Source of the DNA: a virus
Lineage: Duplodnaviria > Caudoviricetes
DNA length: 64,000 nt
Virus record (IMG/VR): IMGVR_UViG_3300042542_006078
Strand: one strand, 5' to 3'
Shown here: in pieces, positions 63,338 to 64,000 of the stretch
Layout: the number at the start of each line of letters is the position of its first letter
How positions within the stretch are numbered: the first letter of the stretch is position 1
Program-made: the position numbers and the translations under genes
Notes under the pieces: model-generated
Database searches by the model: none
What the model was told of the DNA's origin: nothing
What the model saw: the letters and a program-made list of their open reading frames with translations, nothing else

Positions 63338-64000
63338 ATGGCAGATGAAAGTTTCCGCATGAGAAGGCCAAGCGATCAGAGTCAAGATACCGCACAATCA
63401 TCAGCGCCCCTAGATTCAGTCAATCAGATTCGTCAACAAGTTGCAGCCGAATCGGGAGACCCCATTGATGCTTCGACTGCTGGAATTCCAATCTCAGGGA
63501 ACATTCCTCCCGCTTTTGCTGCTGCGTTAGCAGCGGCAAAATCTACCACTCAGCCAAAGCGTGGCCTAAACAATATGAGTTCTGTCAGCGAAAATAATTC
63601 GTACACAACGCCGTCCAACACACTTTCTGGCTCAAATGCATCTGGCCACCTCAAGGAGCTTCTTGAAGGTCTTCGTGGCTCAACAACCGTATTTGAAGAG
63701 ATTGAATTGCCATCCAAAGGTAAGTTCTATGATGGCGAAAATGGACCAAGCAATGGCATTGTGTCTTTGAGGCCTATGACTGGCGAAGAAGAGCAGATTT
63801 TGGCTACTCCTCGATTTGTTAAGAAGGGTCAAGCCATCAACATGATTTTTCAAAAGTGCTTGAAGGAAAACTTCCGCACAGAAAATCTGCTCACTATCGA
63901 CAGAACATATTTGCTTATCTATCTTCGTGGCATCAGTTATGGGCCAAGTTACGATGTGGAAATCAAGTGCCCTGAATGTGAAACAAAGTTCTCAACAAGT
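63338..64000 (+). CDS. gp26: Baseplate hub subunit, T4 gp26-like (3'-truncated, not in track)
   Basis: Hand translation: IELPSKGKFY..LRPMTGEEEQIL..DRTYLLIYLRGISYG..EIKCPEC; AGGAG RBS. Confidence 0.8.
   Translation, partial: MADESFRMRRPSDQSQDTAQSSAPLDSVNQIRQQVAAESGDPIDASTAGIPISGNIPPAFAAALAAAKSTTQPKRGLNNMSSVSENNSYTTPSNTLSGSNASGHLKELLEGLRGSTTVFEEIELPSKGKFYDGENGPSNGIVSLRPMTGEEEQILATPRFVKKGQAINMIFQKCLKENFRTENLLTIDRTYLLIYLRGISYGPSYDVEIKCPECETKFSTS

Noticed and set aside
1-64000. Stop-codon reassignment (seen in some jumbo phages)
   Set aside because: Recognisable genes are full length under code 11 and end in TAA, TAG (e.g. 6693, 41549) and TGA (ATGA overlaps).
1-64000. tRNA or rRNA genes, integrase, transposase, intron or intein
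   Set aside because: None recognised by eye; intergenic gaps are short. tRNAscan/Infernal were not run.

Overview
AT-rich 64-kb segment of a large T4-like (jumbo) myophage genome, translated with the standard code. The right third holds the neck/tail module: gp13-, gp14-, gp15-like proteins, tail sheath, two tail-tube paralogues, a gp55-like late sigma factor and a truncated gp26-like baseplate hub gene. The rest is accessory: a ~8.5-kb sugar-modification island (DegT aminotransferase, WbqC, NeuD-like acyltransferase, two sulfotransferases, PhyH dioxygenase), further glycosyltransferases, an HldD-like epimerase, four unrelated protease types, a Dam methylase, a Prim-Pol and a phiEco32-type COOH-NH2 ligase. 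Best leads: (1) an overlapping minus-strand run encoding an McsA homologue and a MotA/ExbB-type ion-motor trio with a non-canonical periplasmic domain; (2) about 15 ORFs starting with a T4 capsid-targeting-like N-terminus, including a flavoprotein and a HEXXH protease; (3) a recurring ATCCGTCA..GACGG hairpin in three 5' leaders; (4) an uncalled paralogue that appears to start at ATT; (5) a LAGLIDADG protein that has lost both catalytic Asp; (6) TA(A/T)ATA-N4-5-ATG, suggesting leaderless late mRNAs. All family calls come from motifs recognised by eye; no searches were run. The gene content points to a diderm host, possibly Planctomycetota (inference).
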